Below are positions 19,587-28,732 of a DNA stretch of 64,000 nt, piece after piece (positions within the stretch are counted from its first letter, which is position 1; every line of letters starts with the position of its first letter). Origin of the DNA: a bacterium (lineage in GTDB: Bacteria > Zhuqueibacterota > Zhuqueibacteria > Residuimicrobiales > Krinioviventaceae); assembly GCA_963693055.1 (NCBI GenBank), contig OY843751.1:2816001-2880000 (forward strand), given 5' to 3'. The position numbers and the translations under genes were made by a program. The notes under the pieces are model-generated. The model was not told where the DNA came from. It searched no databases and saw only the letters and a list, made by a program, of their open reading frames with translations.

Positions 19587-21677
19587 ATGAAACGATCATT
19601 ATTAATTACAGGCCTTTGTCTGTTATTTATCACAATGCTTTCACAGCTTGCGGTTGCCAATACCAATGAAGCTTTTATGCGTATTGGACGGTTGTGGTCT
19701 ATTGCTGAATATGACGGTGCAGAAGGTTGGACTGCTCAATACGCCTGGCCAGGGGGACGTATTCGTTTCCCGGACTCGGATGTAAAAGAAATGTTTGGAG
19801 CTAATGTACGTAAGACTGGTACTTTGGCTGGATCAAAAAACTGGACCGGCCCCAATGATGAATTATTTGCATATTGGACATCTGGTATGTACCGTACTTA
19901 TGATTATGACTACCTTCCCTATTGGAAAGATCAGCAGGAATTGACTGCTTTGTATCCGGTAGATCAACAACTTATTCAACGTTGGGCACAACCTAATGTT
20001 GTTGTAAATGGCGTTGCCGTTGCTTCTGATGGTGGCGATGATTTTACTAAACTTCATACCAATACTATAGTTGATTCTGGACTTGTAACTGAAAGAGCTA
20101 TTCGCTCAATCTGGAGATACTCTATGGGTGTTGAATATGATCGTATGATGTACGGTTACAGCACTCCCGGTCATGAAGATTATGTATTGTATGATATCAA
20201 TCTTACAAACAATGGAAAAATCTACGGTTATCCTGATGCTGAAGGTGGCGGCCCGACAATTTGGCCCTATTCAGATTGGGCATGGCAATTAGAAGGCCAA
20301 AAAATTGAAGATTTCTGGTGGTCAATGACTATGGATCCCAGACCTTCTAATTTAGGTCAAAATTCATCTTTTGGTTCTTCTGATGCTGTTAGTGAATTTA
20401 TTGCACCATTTGCTGATGAAGGTAAAGAACGTGCCTTCTGTTTATTCTATGATGGCGATGGTGAAGGCGGTGTTGTTGACTGGGGCGATCCCGGTAGTAC
20501 CGATGAATGGGTAGAATTGTTATCCCCTGCTTTCATTATTCATGGTGCTTTGTATGCTGATGAAAGTCCTAAAAACCATGTTAATGATTGGACACAACCA
20601 AAATCTACTACAATCAGACACGAACGTGATTATGATTTAGGTAAAACACCTAAAACCATGGCAGATCAATACAATGCAATATTCGTTGAAGGACAACATT
20701 GGCCGTTGAATGTTTCACATCGTGAAATTGCTTCTGATATCAAAATTCCCAGTGGCTATAACTGTTTTGGTCCTTATGATTTTGATTATAATGAATCCAT
20801 CAATATTACCTATGTTGTTGCTGCAGGTGGTATTAACCATGATCTTTGTATTGAATGGGGTAAAAAAGCAAAAGAAGCCGATTATACAGGTCCGGTAATG
20901 GATGAGCTCAAACAAGCATTCTTTACAGGTCGTGATTCTGTATTGAAAACTCTTGATCTTGCAAACTGGAATGTAAACGGTGATAAAGGTAATCATGCAA
21001 AATATGATGTTCCTGATGCTCCTCGTCCACCGGCTAATTTTATAGTTGATACTGAAGGTGATGCAATTCGTTTGACATGGACTGATGAATCTGCTAAAGA
21101 AGCTGATTTTGACACTGGTGTTAACGATTTCGCTGGCTATCGCGTTTACAAAGCAGTAGGTGCTCGCGACAGTACTTATCGAGTTATATATGATGGCAAA
21201 GATCTTACATATCTTGATACTGCTGTATCTCCAGGTTTTCAATATTTTTATTATCTGGTTGCTTATGATGATGGTACTCAAAACTGGGAAAATCCTGGTG
21301 TTTCTCTTGAAAGTGGTAAATACTACTGTTGGACTGGCTGGGCACCAGAAGGTGCAAAACCGGCTGTTGCTCCAATTACTCAAGAGAGTAAGCTTGAAGA
21401 TATTCGGGTTATTCCAAATCCATACAGTGCTGCTGGTATGAATTTCCCGGGTGAAGAAGATAAAATCAGGTTTGCTGGATTACCTGGTGAATGTACTATC
21501 AGAATCTTTACCACAAATGGTGATTTTGTTCATGAAATCATTCATAACAATGGTGGTGGAGATGAAGACTGGAATCTCCGCACTGAAGACAACCAGTACA
21601 TTGTTAGTGATGTTTATGTTTATACAGTAGAGAGCGATTTAGGCGATCATGTTGGAAAATTCATCATTATCAGGTAA
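19587..21677 (+). CDS. Secreted protein with FN3-like domain and T9SS-type C-terminal sorting-like domain
   Basis: Signal peptide; FAGYRVYK and YFYYLVAYD FN3-like strands; C-terminal IRVIPNPY...CTIRIFT..G...WNL...VYVY..GKFIIIR. Confidence 0.75.
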   Translation: MKRSLLITGLCLLFITMLSQLAVANTNEAFMRIGRLWSIAEYDGAEGWTAQYAWPGGRIRFPDSDVKEMFGANVRKTGTLAGSKNWTGPNDELFAYWTSGMYRTYDYDYLPYWKDQQELTALYPVDQQLIQRWAQPNVVVNGVAVASDGGDDFTKLHTNTIVDSGLVTERAIRSIWRYSMGVEYDRMMYGYSTPGHEDYVLYDINLTNNGKIYGYPDAEGGGPTIWPYSDWAWQLEGQKIEDFWWSMTMDPRPSNLGQNSSFGSSDAVSEFIAPFADEGKERAFCLFYDGDGEGGVVDWGDPGSTDEWVELLSPAFIIHGALYADESPKNHVNDWTQPKSTTIRHERDYDLGKTPKTMADQYNAIFVEGQHWPLNVSHREIASDIKIPSGYNCFGPYDFDYNESINITYVVAAGGINHDLCIEWGKKAKEADYTGPVMDELKQAFFTGRDSVLKTLDLANWNVNGDKGNHAKYDVPDAPRPPANFIVDTEGDAIRLTWTDESAKEADFDTGVNDFAGYRVYKAVGARDSTYRVIYDGKDLTYLDTAVSPGFQYFYYLVAYDDGTQNWENPGVSLESGKYYCWTGWAPEGAKPAVAPITQESKLEDIRVIPNPYSAAGMNFPGEEDKIRFAGLPGECTIRIFTTNGDFVHEIIHNNGGGDEDWNLRTEDNQYIVSDVYVYTVESDLGDHVGKFIIIR

Positions 21678-21734
21678 TTCGTTATGGCAGATAATGAATC
21701 TGTCATTTAAAATATTGAAACGGAGGCAAACCTC

Positions 21735-22754
21735 ATGAAGAAACTTTTTGTTTTATTTATTATACTATGTCTGTTCATGACAACGCAGCCGTCATTTGCC
21801 AAAATGCAAAAAACAGGTCAAGCAGGTATGACCTTTTTACGAGTTGGCGGTAGCGCACGGGCTTCTGGCATGGCGGATGTTTTCACCTTTGCAAAAGGTG
21901 ATTTGGCTAGCGTATTCTATAATCCGGCAGGTTTAGCGACTGTTGATGGAGCAGCTTTCTTTTTCAACAATACCAGTTGGATTGCGGATATGAATCTTTC
22001 ACACATGGCAGTATCTTATGATGCTGATACATGGGGTGTATTCGCACTTTCTTTTTCATCAATCGATTACGGTGATATCAATGGTACAGCAATTTCCACA
22101 ACTGATGCCAGAGGTTATACTGATATTAGTGTTGGTGATGTTGGTGGTATGGCGATTGGATTGTCATATGGTATTCAAATGACCGATAAATTTTCAATTG
22201 GTGGTACAGCAAAATTCATCAATCAGGCTTTAGGCCAGAATGATACTTATGTAGCTGATCTTTTGGAAACACCAGGAAAAGAAAACAAAATTGATTGTTT
22301 TGGTTTTGATTTTGGTACCATGTATGATACCGGCATTCGTAGCTTGGTATTGTCTATGTCCATTCAAAATTATTCAGGACAACAATTATACGAAAATGAG
22401 GAATTTCAACTTCCTCAAACTTATCGTATAGGAATTTCCGGTAATCTTTTTGAATTGTTACCATTGGGTGTTGAAAACCAACAATTAACTGTTGCACTTG
22501 AAGGCGTTGACCAACCAGACCGTGAAGAATTTCTGGCCACTGGTATGGAGTACAATTTACTCAACATGATTGACTTGCGCGCTGGTTACAATTTCCAAAG
22601 ACGCCAGGACAATGTTGGTGGATTAAACGCAGGTGTAGGTTTTAAATTGGAAAGCTTTAATCTTCCTTTTAATGGTAGATTTGATATTTCTTATAGCGAT
22701 TTTGGTAGCGTTTTTGATGACGTTATTCGCTTCTCAATTCAAGGTTCCTTTTAA
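21735..22754 (+). CDS. PorV/PorQ-family (FadL-like) outer-membrane beta-barrel
   Basis: FLRVGGSARASGMAD and FYNPAGLA motifs; terminal Phe. Confidence 0.8.
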   Translation: MKKLFVLFIILCLFMTTQPSFAKMQKTGQAGMTFLRVGGSARASGMADVFTFAKGDLASVFYNPAGLATVDGAAFFFNNTSWIADMNLSHMAVSYDADTWGVFALSFSSIDYGDINGTAISTTDARGYTDISVGDVGGMAIGLSYGIQMTDKFSIGGTAKFINQALGQNDTYVADLLETPGKENKIDCFGFDFGTMYDTGIRSLVLSMSIQNYSGQQLYENEEFQLPQTYRIGISGNLFELLPLGVENQQLTVALEGVDQPDREEFLATGMEYNLLNMIDLRAGYNFQRRQDNVGGLNAGVGFKLESFNLPFNGRFDISYSDFGSVFDDVIRFSIQGSF

Positions 22755-22782
22755 TGATTATAGAAGGAATTTAGTTCTACCC

Positions 22783-22813
22783 AAAGCCCTGTCTTTTGAC
22801 AGGGCTTTTTTTT
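22783..22813. terminator. Bidirectional intrinsic terminator
   Basis: AAAGCCCTGTC-TTTT-GACAGGGCTTTTTTT between convergent genes. Confidence 0.85.
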
Positions 22814-24497
22814 ATTCTAAATCCAGTACTGGCAAAATTATACGAGATGGTGTATCTTTACCATAAAACAATGTTTGTGTCGACTTTAATATATTAGTTG
22901 CCTTAAATAATGGTTCACCTGAATTCAAATTACGGTTAAATCTGGGAAACCAGGATGATGTAACAACCACTCTTATTTGATGTTTAGGATTAATTTGATA
23001 TCCTGTTGCCCATAAAGAAATATCAACTTTGCGTGTTTCTGGCGCTTTAGGATCACTAAAAATTCTAGCTCCTCCCTCCTGTATATTCAATATCTTTCCA
23101 TCGGGAAATACATCTTGTAAACATACAACAATATCTGTACTGGGTACATCGGTTTTTACAAACAATTCAGCATTAATTGGACCTAATAATATCAAAGCAG
23201 AATCTACAGGATTTGTTACAAAAGCCAGTTGGTCTTTACGTTCAATATTGTTGTTTTGCCAGGCCGGTCCAACATCTGTACCTATAATTGTCCCTCCTAA
23301 TGAAGGATACGGATCAGAAGGATCATAATTCCAAGTATATTTACCGCCAGCATTTGATTCTAGTAAAAAAGAATTGTTATCACCAAAATTAAGATTACTA
23401 AATTCAACATCTATCGGTGGCCATTGATTAAAAGAATACCATTCATTACGCTGCATTATAAAAGCATGAAATGGCTTTTCTTCAAATGGAGGTTGTATTA
23501 TATCAACTTTTCTATTTAACATATATTTATCAACCAATCTGTTCAAAACAGGAGCGACGACTTTACCATAATCTGCATTATCACCAAATTCAACTTTTGC
23601 TGCAAATGAACCATGTGCCCAGGGGCCTATAAATAAATAGCTATCTGAATTTCGTCTAGAACCCAGTGCTATAAAATCCATTATTTGGGGCATTAAAAAA
23701 ATATCATACCAACCTGCTGCAGCAAAAACAGGCATGCTGTATTCTCCTCTGTGGTCAATCTTGCCCCAATATGTATCATAATATTCATGAGATAACCAGT
23801 CGTCTGTAAATGGATTATTTTTTAAAGTAGAATCATCTGCAGCGGATAATGGTAGGTAATAATAACTCTGTTCCATTTTTTCAGGACTTATTGCATTCAC
23901 AGTTTTAGAATCAACCAATAAACCCCACCGAAAAGCCAAACCCAGAGACATTAATCCATCAGGATACAATGCATCATACATATTTGCTGTTGTAAATATG
24001 GGTGAAATCATGTCAAGCTGATCTGCTACAGCCCATTGAGTATATCCCAAATAACTTCCGCCCCATCCACATATTTTGCCGTTTGACCAGGATTGTTCTC
24101 GAATCCATTCAATTGTTTTAGAACCATCAGATCTATCATTTTTAAACGGATAAAACGTTCCGTTTGAACCAAATTTACCACGGATATCCTGACACACAAC
24201 CGCATATCCTTTTTCAATAAACTTTTCTGGCTCTTTTTTTATATTCTCTCGCCCATATGGAGTGAGATATAAAATACATGGAAACTGTCCTATTGAATCT
24301 GGTAAATAAACATCAGTTGCAAGCTTTATAGAATCACCAATACTGATGTATTCAATTGTTTTAAACATACTCCAACCCGGCGAAACAAATAAAAAAAGCA
24401 TACCAAACAAACTACAAGCAGTTACTACAAATTTTATTCTTGTCATTTTTAATCCTTGAAATAGTTTATGGATGTTTTTGATAAAACAATCATACAA
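22812..24497 (-). CDS. CocE/NonD family hydrolase (S15 peptidase-like)
   Basis: TPYG, QDIRG, GGSYLG nucleophile, GWYD and GPWAHG motifs; true start probably the downstream MTRIK. Confidence 0.88.
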   Translation of the reverse strand: MYDCFIKNIHKLFQGLKMTRIKFVVTACSLFGMLFLFVSPGWSMFKTIEYISIGDSIKLATDVYLPDSIGQFPCILYLTPYGRENIKKEPEKFIEKGYAVVCQDIRGKFGSNGTFYPFKNDRSDGSKTIEWIREQSWSNGKICGWGGSYLGYTQWAVADQLDMISPIFTTANMYDALYPDGLMSLGLAFRWGLLVDSKTVNAISPEKMEQSYYYLPLSAADDSTLKNNPFTDDWLSHEYYDTYWGKIDHRGEYSMPVFAAAGWYDIFLMPQIMDFIALGSRRNSDSYLFIGPWAHGSFAAKVEFGDNADYGKVVAPVLNRLVDKYMLNRKVDIIQPPFEEKPFHAFIMQRNEWYSFNQWPPIDVEFSNLNFGDNNSFLLESNAGGKYTWNYDPSDPYPSLGGTIIGTDVGPAWQNNNIERKDQLAFVTNPVDSALILLGPINAELFVKTDVPSTDIVVCLQDVFPDGKILNIQEGGARIFSDPKAPETRKVDISLWATGYQINPKHQIRVVVTSSWFPRFNRNLNSGEPLFKATNILKSTQTLFYGKDTPSRIILPVLDLE

Positions 24498-24660
24498 GTA
24501 GATTTATTTTGTTTAAAAATATATGAATAATTTTTATATTTATTCAAATCAATTTAATCTTGAAAGTAAAAATTTAAATAAATTCTTCAAAAAGCTTTAT
24601 TGAAATTAAACTCAAAAAAAAACAATTTCTTACTTTTGTATATTTTTTTAATTATTAGCT

Positions 24661-25008
24661 TTGGGGGTTACTTTCCATGCTCAAGATTCTGATATGGTAT
24701 TCGTTAAAGGTGGATGGTTTACTATTGGAATCGATAGTGGTAGTTTTGATGAACAACCTGCTCATAAAGTATTTATTAATGATTACTCTATTGTTAAATA
24801 TAAAGTCACCAATAAACAATATTGTGATTTTTTAAACTCAAAAGGAAATCAGATTGAATATGGAAAAAACTGGTTGGATATGGATTTTTCAAGTTGCAGA
24901 ATTGAATTGGTTGATGATATTTATAGACCCAAAAAAGGATTTGATGAGCATCCTGTTATTAAGGAATTCAATTTTGTTATCAATCATTTAAACCAAGTCC
25001 TTTCATGA
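24661..25008 (+). pseudogene. N-terminal fragment of a formylglycine-generating-enzyme (SUMF1) domain protein
   Basis: MVFVKGGWFTIG...DEQPAHKV...VTNKQY...HPV, then an abrupt end; the remaining FGE motifs (LPTEAEWE) are absent. Confidence 0.7.
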
Positions 25009-25594
25009 TACGTGGAATTGATTTTTCTATTCTTGAAATACGGGTTTGGGTTTGTTTTGCCGAAGAAAAATATATCGAGTACCCCCTTTGTCTTCCTGGC
25101 GTTAATGATTCAAATGCTTGTTTAAAAATCGGATCGTTATCAAACATTTCTTGTAATTCATTTATAATTACAATATTAGATTTTTTCTCTATATTTAATC
25201 CGGATTTTTCAATTTCAATAGCTTCATTAATAAATGATTTAACAATGGGTTCATTTTCTATAATTTGCTCAATGTTATTAAAACGAAATTGACGGACGGA
25301 TTGAGAATTTTCACCGGGAGCGGTTAATAAATTGTTGGCATCTTTAATTAACACACCTTTAAAAAATCCTAAAGAACAAAATTCTTTAAATGCGCTTAAT
25401 AAAATTACATTCTTATTATTTAAAGTATAACAGGGTACCCCCCATTTCACATCTTCTTTTAATTCAGATTGCAAAAGTATATTTCGTAAATATTTCAACT
25501 CGTTTTGCCAGTAAAGTGTTTTGCATTTTGGCGTCTTCCAATATTCACAACGTCCACACCCCTCTTTAATATATATATCAACTTTTGAATTCAT
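24980..25594 (-). CDS. YdeI/OmpD-associated family (DUF1801) protein
   Basis: KWGVPCY, FFKG and LTPGRQRGY...AKQ..TR motifs. Confidence 0.85.
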   Translation of the reverse strand: MNSKVDIYIKEGCGRCEYWKTPKCKTLYWQNELKYLRNILLQSELKEDVKWGVPCYTLNNKNVILLSAFKEFCSLGFFKGVLIKDANNLLTAPGENSQSVRQFRFNNIEQIIENEPIVKSFINEAIEIEKSGLNIEKKSNIVIINELQEMFDNDPIFKQAFESLTPGRQRGYSIYFSSAKQTQTRISRIEKSIPRIMKGLGLND

Positions 25595-25761
25595 ATTTAA
25601 CCTTACTTAAAAAGTCATAAAATAAATCAACAAAAGTAGAATAATTTTTCTTTCAATTTAATTGAAAAATTTATTAATTTCGAACACAGCGAACAGTCAT
25701 ACCGGATTGTTAACAAAGACTTTAATTTTTCACACCCTATTTACATGTGATTTTTCTATTA

Positions 25762-26158
25762 TTAGTGTTCTATCAATTTCAAATAATCTGCCAGAGCAAC
25801 ATACACACCAGCCGTCCATCCCCATCATACCAGGAGATTCATACTCTGCATTCGAAAGTTTCCCTGTCTCGGTATCTGTTTTTCAAGTTTTCCATACTGC
25901 AGAAAAATGTCGGTGTTCACTTTAATGAATTTATTAGCAATTCTTTCTGATTCAGCTTTGTAATTATATTTATCCAAAGCCATCACTACTAGCTTCATCT
26001 TTATAAAGACTACGATCCCAATTGGCGTAAATATAGTCTAAAACCTTTTCAATATCCTTATCAGAAAAAGATTTTAGGCTGGCATTTAAAATATTTGGTG
26101 CAGTTAATAGTAAAGCTGCTCCTTTTGATATACTTTCAATAAACGTTCTTCTGTTCAT
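25762..26158 (-). pseudogene. Internally deleted Tat-exported trehalase-like (GH37-like) glycosidase remnant
   Basis: Tat signal plus N-terminus (YIYANWD) joined directly to frameshifted C-terminal remnants KYNYKAESERIANKF...GKL..EK...EYESPGMMG/WTAGVY. Confidence 0.65.
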
Positions 26159-26204
26159 TGTGACCTTGATTATAGTAAGTTGTAAAAAAATAGGTTGGTA
26201 TTAA

Positions 26205-26243
26205 CAAAAAAAGCCTGAATTCAACATATTGAATACAGGCTTC
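26205..26243 (-). terminator. Intrinsic terminator of the original tRNA-Pro gene
   Basis: AAGCCTGTATTCAA-loop-TTGAATTCAGGC followed by a T-run, just downstream of the tRNA 3' end. Confidence 0.75.
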
Positions 26244-26246
26244 TAG

Positions 26247-26291
26247 TCGGGGCGAGAAGATTTGAACTTCCGACCCCTTGACCCCCAGTCA
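26247..26291 (-). tRNA. 3' half of tRNA-Pro(GGG); prophage att junction
   Basis: Minus strand TGACTGGGGGTCAAGGGGTCGGAAGTTCAAATCTTCTCGCCCCGA contains anticodon arm, T-arm and 3' acceptor strand; no 5' acceptor strand or D-arm upstream. Confidence 0.85.
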
Positions 26292-26423
26292 GCCCGTTTT
26301 TATTGGCTCAATTCATTGTTTTTAATTAAAATATGCAAATATTGAAATGTTCAAAATTCCTTAAATGTTCCTATATGCCCCCTATGCGCCCCCTTTTGTG
26401 CTATGGCGTATAAGTGGCATGCT

Positions 26424-26924
26424 CTAAACCCCCGCCTTTATGGTTTGTTCTCTGAAAATATCAAGTAACTCATTAACCCGGTTAATATCACAATTATTGA
26501 TCTCTTGCGCTTTTTCCTTGAGTGAATCGGTTTCCTTGTCAAGTCTGGCTTTTTCGTTTTCAATCTCAAGTAGGCGGTATAAAACCCCCTCAAAGGTGCG
26601 ATAATGCCCTGACAACTTGAGCAATTCAGATTCAATAAAATTAGCAAAACGAATATCATAATTATTTAAAATATTTTTGCTTTGTTCTAGTAATTCTGGT
26701 TCAATGGAAACCGTTAATTTTATTTTGTCTTTGCTACCTGCTGTTGCCGCTTTAACTGTAGGTAAGTTTTCATAATTAACTAACATCAATAATTTGCTTT
26801 CAATAAATTTACTATATGATGTTTTTGGGGTTTCGTCTAATACTTCTTTTGCATCCCTTACAGCTTTTCGATCAAGCCACAAAGTAACCCTTTTTTTATT
26901 TGTGAAACTACTACTCATATTCAA
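26424..26924 (-). CDS. Tandem ribbon-helix-helix DNA-binding protein
   Basis: Two repeats, KKRVTLWLD...SYSKFIESKL and KIKLTVSIE...FANFIESEL, followed by a coiled coil. Confidence 0.65.
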   Translation of the reverse strand: MNMSSSFTNKKRVTLWLDRKAVRDAKEVLDETPKTSYSKFIESKLLMLVNYENLPTVKAATAGSKDKIKLTVSIEPELLEQSKNILNNYDIRFANFIESELLKLSGHYRTFEGVLYRLLEIENEKARLDKETDSLKEKAQEINNCDINRVNELLDIFREQTIKAGV

Positions 26925-27193
26925 AAACCTTTTTTTATTTTTTTACTTGCTTTTCGTCAATATTAGCCGTAACTTATTTTAACCCTTAAAGTTATTTTTC
27001 TTAATCATTTAAAGCCCCCGCAACCCTCTTGCTGGGGCTTTTTGATTTATTTTCAACCTGGGGTATTATTGTAATTTTACTTTATTAGATTTCACTGGTC
27101 ACAATTTCTATGATCTTCTGAAAAATTGGGTTGCTGCCTATTTGATTTTCAATAGTTTGTTAAGTTATTTTCTTAATCACTTTTATCTTATCT

Positions 27194-27240
27194 CCCTAAC
27201 TATTAAGGTATAATATGCATTGTTCAAAAATCAATATCAA
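27194..27240 (-). promoter_or_regulatory. Degenerate copy of the phage promoter+palindrome element
   Basis: TTGATA, 17 bp, CATATT, followed by CCTTAATAGTTAGGG. Confidence 0.55.
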
Positions 27241-27297
27241 GAGTTTTTTATTATTTTTGAAATGATTAAGGCCCCAATATTTCCGGGCCTTAATCAT

Positions 27298-27498
27298 TTA
27301 ATTTAAATACCCAAGTAAATCTTTACGCTGTTTATTTTCAACAGCACTATAAGAATATTTATGCCTATAGCTTGACGGGTGTTGAATACTATACCATATT
27401 TTCAAAGCATCAATTGTATTATCCGCTTCCACATAAGCGATTTCGATTAAGCAATTAACATCACTACTTTCATAAATGTTATAAATTCGATTTTTCAT
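27298..27498 (-). CDS. Small phage hypothetical protein
   Basis: 66 aa; GAGGGCT RBS; flanked by GC hairpins. Confidence 0.6.
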   Translation of the reverse strand: MKNRIYNIYESSDVNCLIEIAYVEADNTIDALKIWYSIQHPSSYRHKYSYSAVENKQRKDLLGYLN

Positions 27499-27548
27499 AG
27501 TTTAGCCCTCATTTTATATATGCCACGGACAACTCCGGGGCGGTCAAA

Positions 27549-27776
27549 TTAACACCAACCACTAACCCACAGGGCATTAATGCCCGGCTCCTCAAAATCT
27601 ACGTCTGTAGTATAACCTTGACCGTCAATGATTTTTTTCAATTCATTTATTGCTTGTTCTGTTTCATGGAAAAAACCAATTTCTTTACCCAAAATATTTA
27701 CATCAAAATCAATACCAGTAAAATTTTTTGTTGCCTGTTTCATCTGGTTAATTAATTCTTGTCTTGTTTTTTTCAT
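27549..27776 (-). CDS. Small phage hypothetical protein
   Basis: Start re-placed at MKKTRQ after a GAGGGCTT RBS; the ORF-track ATG at 27815 lies inside the palindrome. Confidence 0.6.
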   Translation of the reverse strand: MKKTRQELINQMKQATKNFTGIDFDVNILGKEIGFFHETEQAINELKKIIDGQGYTTDVDFEEPGINALWVSGWC

Positions 27777-27803
27777 TTTCAAGCCCTCTTTGTTTGTTTT
27801 GTT

Positions 27804-27852
27804 TCCCTTAATCATTAAGGGATAATATACAGTAATTAGATATTAATGTCAA
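27804..27852 (-). promoter_or_regulatory. Phage sigma70 promoter + palindromic operator-like element
   Basis: TTGACA (27847-27852), 17 bp, TATATT (27824-27829), then TCCCTTAATGATTAAGGGA (27804-27822). Confidence 0.8.
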
Positions 27853-27904
27853 GCGTTTTTTTACTTTTTTTACAAATAAAAAAGCCCCTTTTCAGGGGCC
27901 AGGT

Positions 27905-28306
27905 TTAATATACATATTTAACTTTATATTTTTCTTTAATTTTTTCTTTTAATAAACGAGTCTCTGTAATGTATGGGAATAAATATTCCATTCTAGTTTT
28001 AATGTCTGGAAATATATCCCTGTTTTCATTACAATATTCAACCGCTTTTCGTTCTGCTTTAACCTGCTTTGATCTCCTGTAAATTCGTCTTGTGAGTTTT
28101 TGTAAATATTTTTCTCTATCATTTAATTGTGTTTTAAATTCTTTTACTGTAATTCTTAAAAGTTTAGCGGCACAAGTTGTACCGTATGGAAAAATTTCAC
28201 CGGTTTCATTATTTTTAAGCCATACAACCCGTTTTAATTCCTGTTTGTTGCACAATGTGCAATATGTAGCGTCATCATTAATACCTAATATTTTATATTG
28301 TTTCAT
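27905..28306 (-). CDS. Phage hypothetical protein with Zn-finger-like N-terminus
   Basis: CTLC...LKRVV...YGTTCA; GAGGGTT RBS. Confidence 0.65.
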   Translation of the reverse strand: MKQYKILGINDDATYCTLCNKQELKRVVWLKNNETGEIFPYGTTCAAKLLRITVKEFKTQLNDREKYLQKLTRRIYRRSKQVKAERKAVEYCNENRDIFPDIKTRMEYLFPYITETRLLKEKIKEKYKVKYVY

Positions 28307-28350
28307 TGTTAAACCCTCAAGTTATGGCCCCCTGTGGGGGCCGGTTATAT

Positions 28351-28539
28351 TTAATGTATTTCTGTTGGTGTTGTTGGGATTTGACCATCATATCTTGAAC
28401 CATTAAAAAACTTTACAGCCCCGGAAAATGTTTTATATTCTTTTGATTTGGTTGTGGTCATTGCTGTAAAAATTCCGCCTTGCTCTTTAATTCCGATAAA
28501 GCTGTTTAATGTGTTGTTGTTTGCTTCGTACAATTTCAT
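28351..28539 (-). CDS. DUF1391/YdaF-like small phage protein
   Basis: NN...GI....GIFTAMTTTKSKEYKTFSGA resembles the DUF1391 pattern, recognised by eye. Confidence 0.6.
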   Translation of the reverse strand: MKLYEANNNTLNSFIGIKEQGGIFTAMTTTKSKEYKTFSGAVKFFNGSRYDGQIPTTPTEIH

Positions 28540-28567
28540 TGTTAAACCCTTTTTTTTATTTTGTTTT

Positions 28568-28614
28568 CCTTAATCATTAAGGTAAAATATACAACAATTG
28601 GTAATTAATGTCAA
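28568..28614 (-). promoter_or_regulatory. Phage sigma70 promoter + palindromic operator-like element
   Basis: TTGACA (28609-28614), 17 bp, TATATT (28586-28591), then CCTTAATGATTAAGG (28568-28582). Confidence 0.8.
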
Positions 28615-28656
28615 GCGTTTTTTTACTATTATTTTAAAAAAAAATAAATTTTTTCC

Positions 28657-28703
28657 TTGACATTTAATTCCAGATATATTATATTATACCTTAATGATTA
28701 AGG
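28657..28703 (+). promoter_or_regulatory. Divergent phage sigma70 promoter + palindromic operator-like element
   Basis: TTGACA (28657-28662), 17 bp, TATATT (28680-28685), then CCTTAATGATTAAGG (28689-28703). Confidence 0.8.
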
Positions 28704-28732
28704 GAATTAACATAACAAAGGAAAGGGTTAAC

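Noticed and set aside
20715-21383. 222-aa antisense ORF and other shadow ORFs (7828-8274, 31321-31806, 50663-51214, 52803-53192)
   Set aside because: They lie largely or wholly opposite well-supported genes and show no recognisable motifs.
26247-26330. Complete tRNA-Pro gene
   Set aside because: The sequence upstream of the anticodon arm cannot form a D-arm or the 5' acceptor strand.
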